A stretch of 63,991 nucleotides of DNA, the filler included, from Octopus bimaculoides (Eukaryota), in assembly GCF_001194135.2 (NCBI RefSeq). It is 6 parts of 6 records of this genome, joined end to end, with 100 filler letters (N's around TTAATTAATTAA, not from the genome) between each part and the next. Parts side by side here need not be neighbours in the genome. Positions count along the whole stretch, not along the records: positions 61,558 to 62,847 come from NC_068998.1; positions 62,948 to 63,991 come from NW_026385589.1; 4 more parts are not named here. One strand, written 5' to 3'. The position numbers and the translations under genes were made by a program. Numbering within the stretch: the stretch's first letter is position 1; every line of letters begins with the position of its first letter. The notes under the pieces are model-generated. The model did no database searches and was not told where the DNA came from. It worked only from the letters and a program-made list of their open reading frames with translations. Positions 62,645 to 63,991 of this stretch are shown here, in pieces.

Positions 62645-63069
62645 AGATAGATAGATAGATAGATAGACAATATGATGGATGTATGAACTGAGAAATCCAC
62701 ATGCATTATGAGATCGGTCAATAAAAAAAATACGCTCTAAATATTCCGTTAATCCAATCTCTGGTCTAATTATATTATTTTATCAAACACACAGAAGAAA
62801 AGAAAAGGCGAAGTTGGCTTGGCTGTGATTTGAACAGAAGAGAAATANNNNNNNNNNNNNNNNNNNNNNNNNNNNNNNNNNNNNNNNNNNNTTAATTAAT
62901 TAANNNNNNNNNNNNNNNNNNNNNNNNNNNNNNNNNNNNNNNNNNNNAATGTCAATTCCTGAAGTAAAATTCGTGAAGTAAAATTGTGCAGCAACACATA
63001 ATGGCGGTACCCCAGAATGGCCACAGCTCATGAGCTGAAACTGGATAAAATGAAAATGAAAATGAAATA

Positions 63070-63991
63070 AATAAAAAAAATAATAAATATAAATAAATAT
63101 ATAAATAAATAAATATATATATAAATAAATATATATATATATATAATTAAATATATATATAAATAAATAATTATAAATATATAAAAAATTTTTTTTTTAA
63201 ATATACATATATATAAAACAATAAATATATATATAAATAAAAAACAAATAAATATATATAAATAAATATATATATAAATAAATATATAAATAAATAAATA
63301 TATATATAAATAAATAAATATATGTATTTAAAAAATAAATAAATATATATATAAATAAATAAAAATTAAATAAATATATATATAAATAAAAAGATATACA
63401 AATATATATATAAATTAAAAAAATATATATATATATAAATAAAAAAATAAATTTATATATAAATAAAAAAATAAATATATATACAAATAAAAAAATAAAT
63501 AAATATATAATTAAATAAATAAATAAATATATATATATAAATAAAGATATATATAAATAAATAAATATAGATATATAAATAAATAAATATATAATTAACT
63601 ACATAAATAAATATGTATATATATATAAATAAACAAATAATATAAATAAATAAATATATATATAAATAAATAAATATATATATAAATAAATATATATATA
63701 TATATAAATAAAAAAATAAATATATATATATAAATAAAGAAATTAAATAAATAAATATCTATAAATATATATAAATAAATAAATATATATATATAAATAA
63801 ATATATATATAAATAAATATATAAATAAAAAAATAAATAAATATATATATATAACTAAAAAGATAAATAAATATATATAAATAAGAAAATAAATATATAT
63901 ATCAATAAAAAATAAATAAATAAATATATAATTAAATAAATTAAATATATATAAATCAATTAATAAATATATATATAAATAAATAAATAAA
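63070..63991. repeat. About 0.9-kb almost purely A/T tract of mixed (TAAA)n and (TA)n
   Basis: Directly readable; only scattered G or C. Confidence 0.95.

Overview
AT-rich, microsatellite-dense, gap-rich animal genomic DNA. The repeat landscape (tRNA-derived SINEs with internal microsatellites, abundant R4/Dong-type LINEs, Naiad-type Penelope fragments) suggests an octopus or other coleoid cephalopod draft assembly; this is inference from pattern recognition, not a database result. One convincing protein-coding gene is present: an intronless DHHC palmitoyltransferase (40332-41528, +, ZDHHC22/24 group) with a long Ser/Pro-rich insertion. There is one degenerate tRNA-His(GTG) copy (44352-44423). 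The rest is mobile-element debris: about 10 R4/Dong-like (REL-endonuclease) LINE fragments in two clusters and singly, two tandem Tx1/L1-like fragments each flanked by (GATA)n, an RTE 3' end, two Naiad-like Penelope fragments, three SINE families, a hAT-Charlie MITE and a GG...CC MITE with an 8-bp TSD and a central telomeric palindrome. A 60-bp hairpin satellite lies at 34358-34915. Five TTAATTAATTAA pads inside N runs are assembly artefacts. I found no novel multi-gene system. The best candidates for undescribed biology are the apparent (TATC)n-targeting Tx1-like LINE, the telomere-cored MITE with paired CCAAT boxes, the (TAA)n-nucleated SINE/LINE pile-up and the hairpin satellite. Repeat boundaries are read by eye and may be off by several bases.
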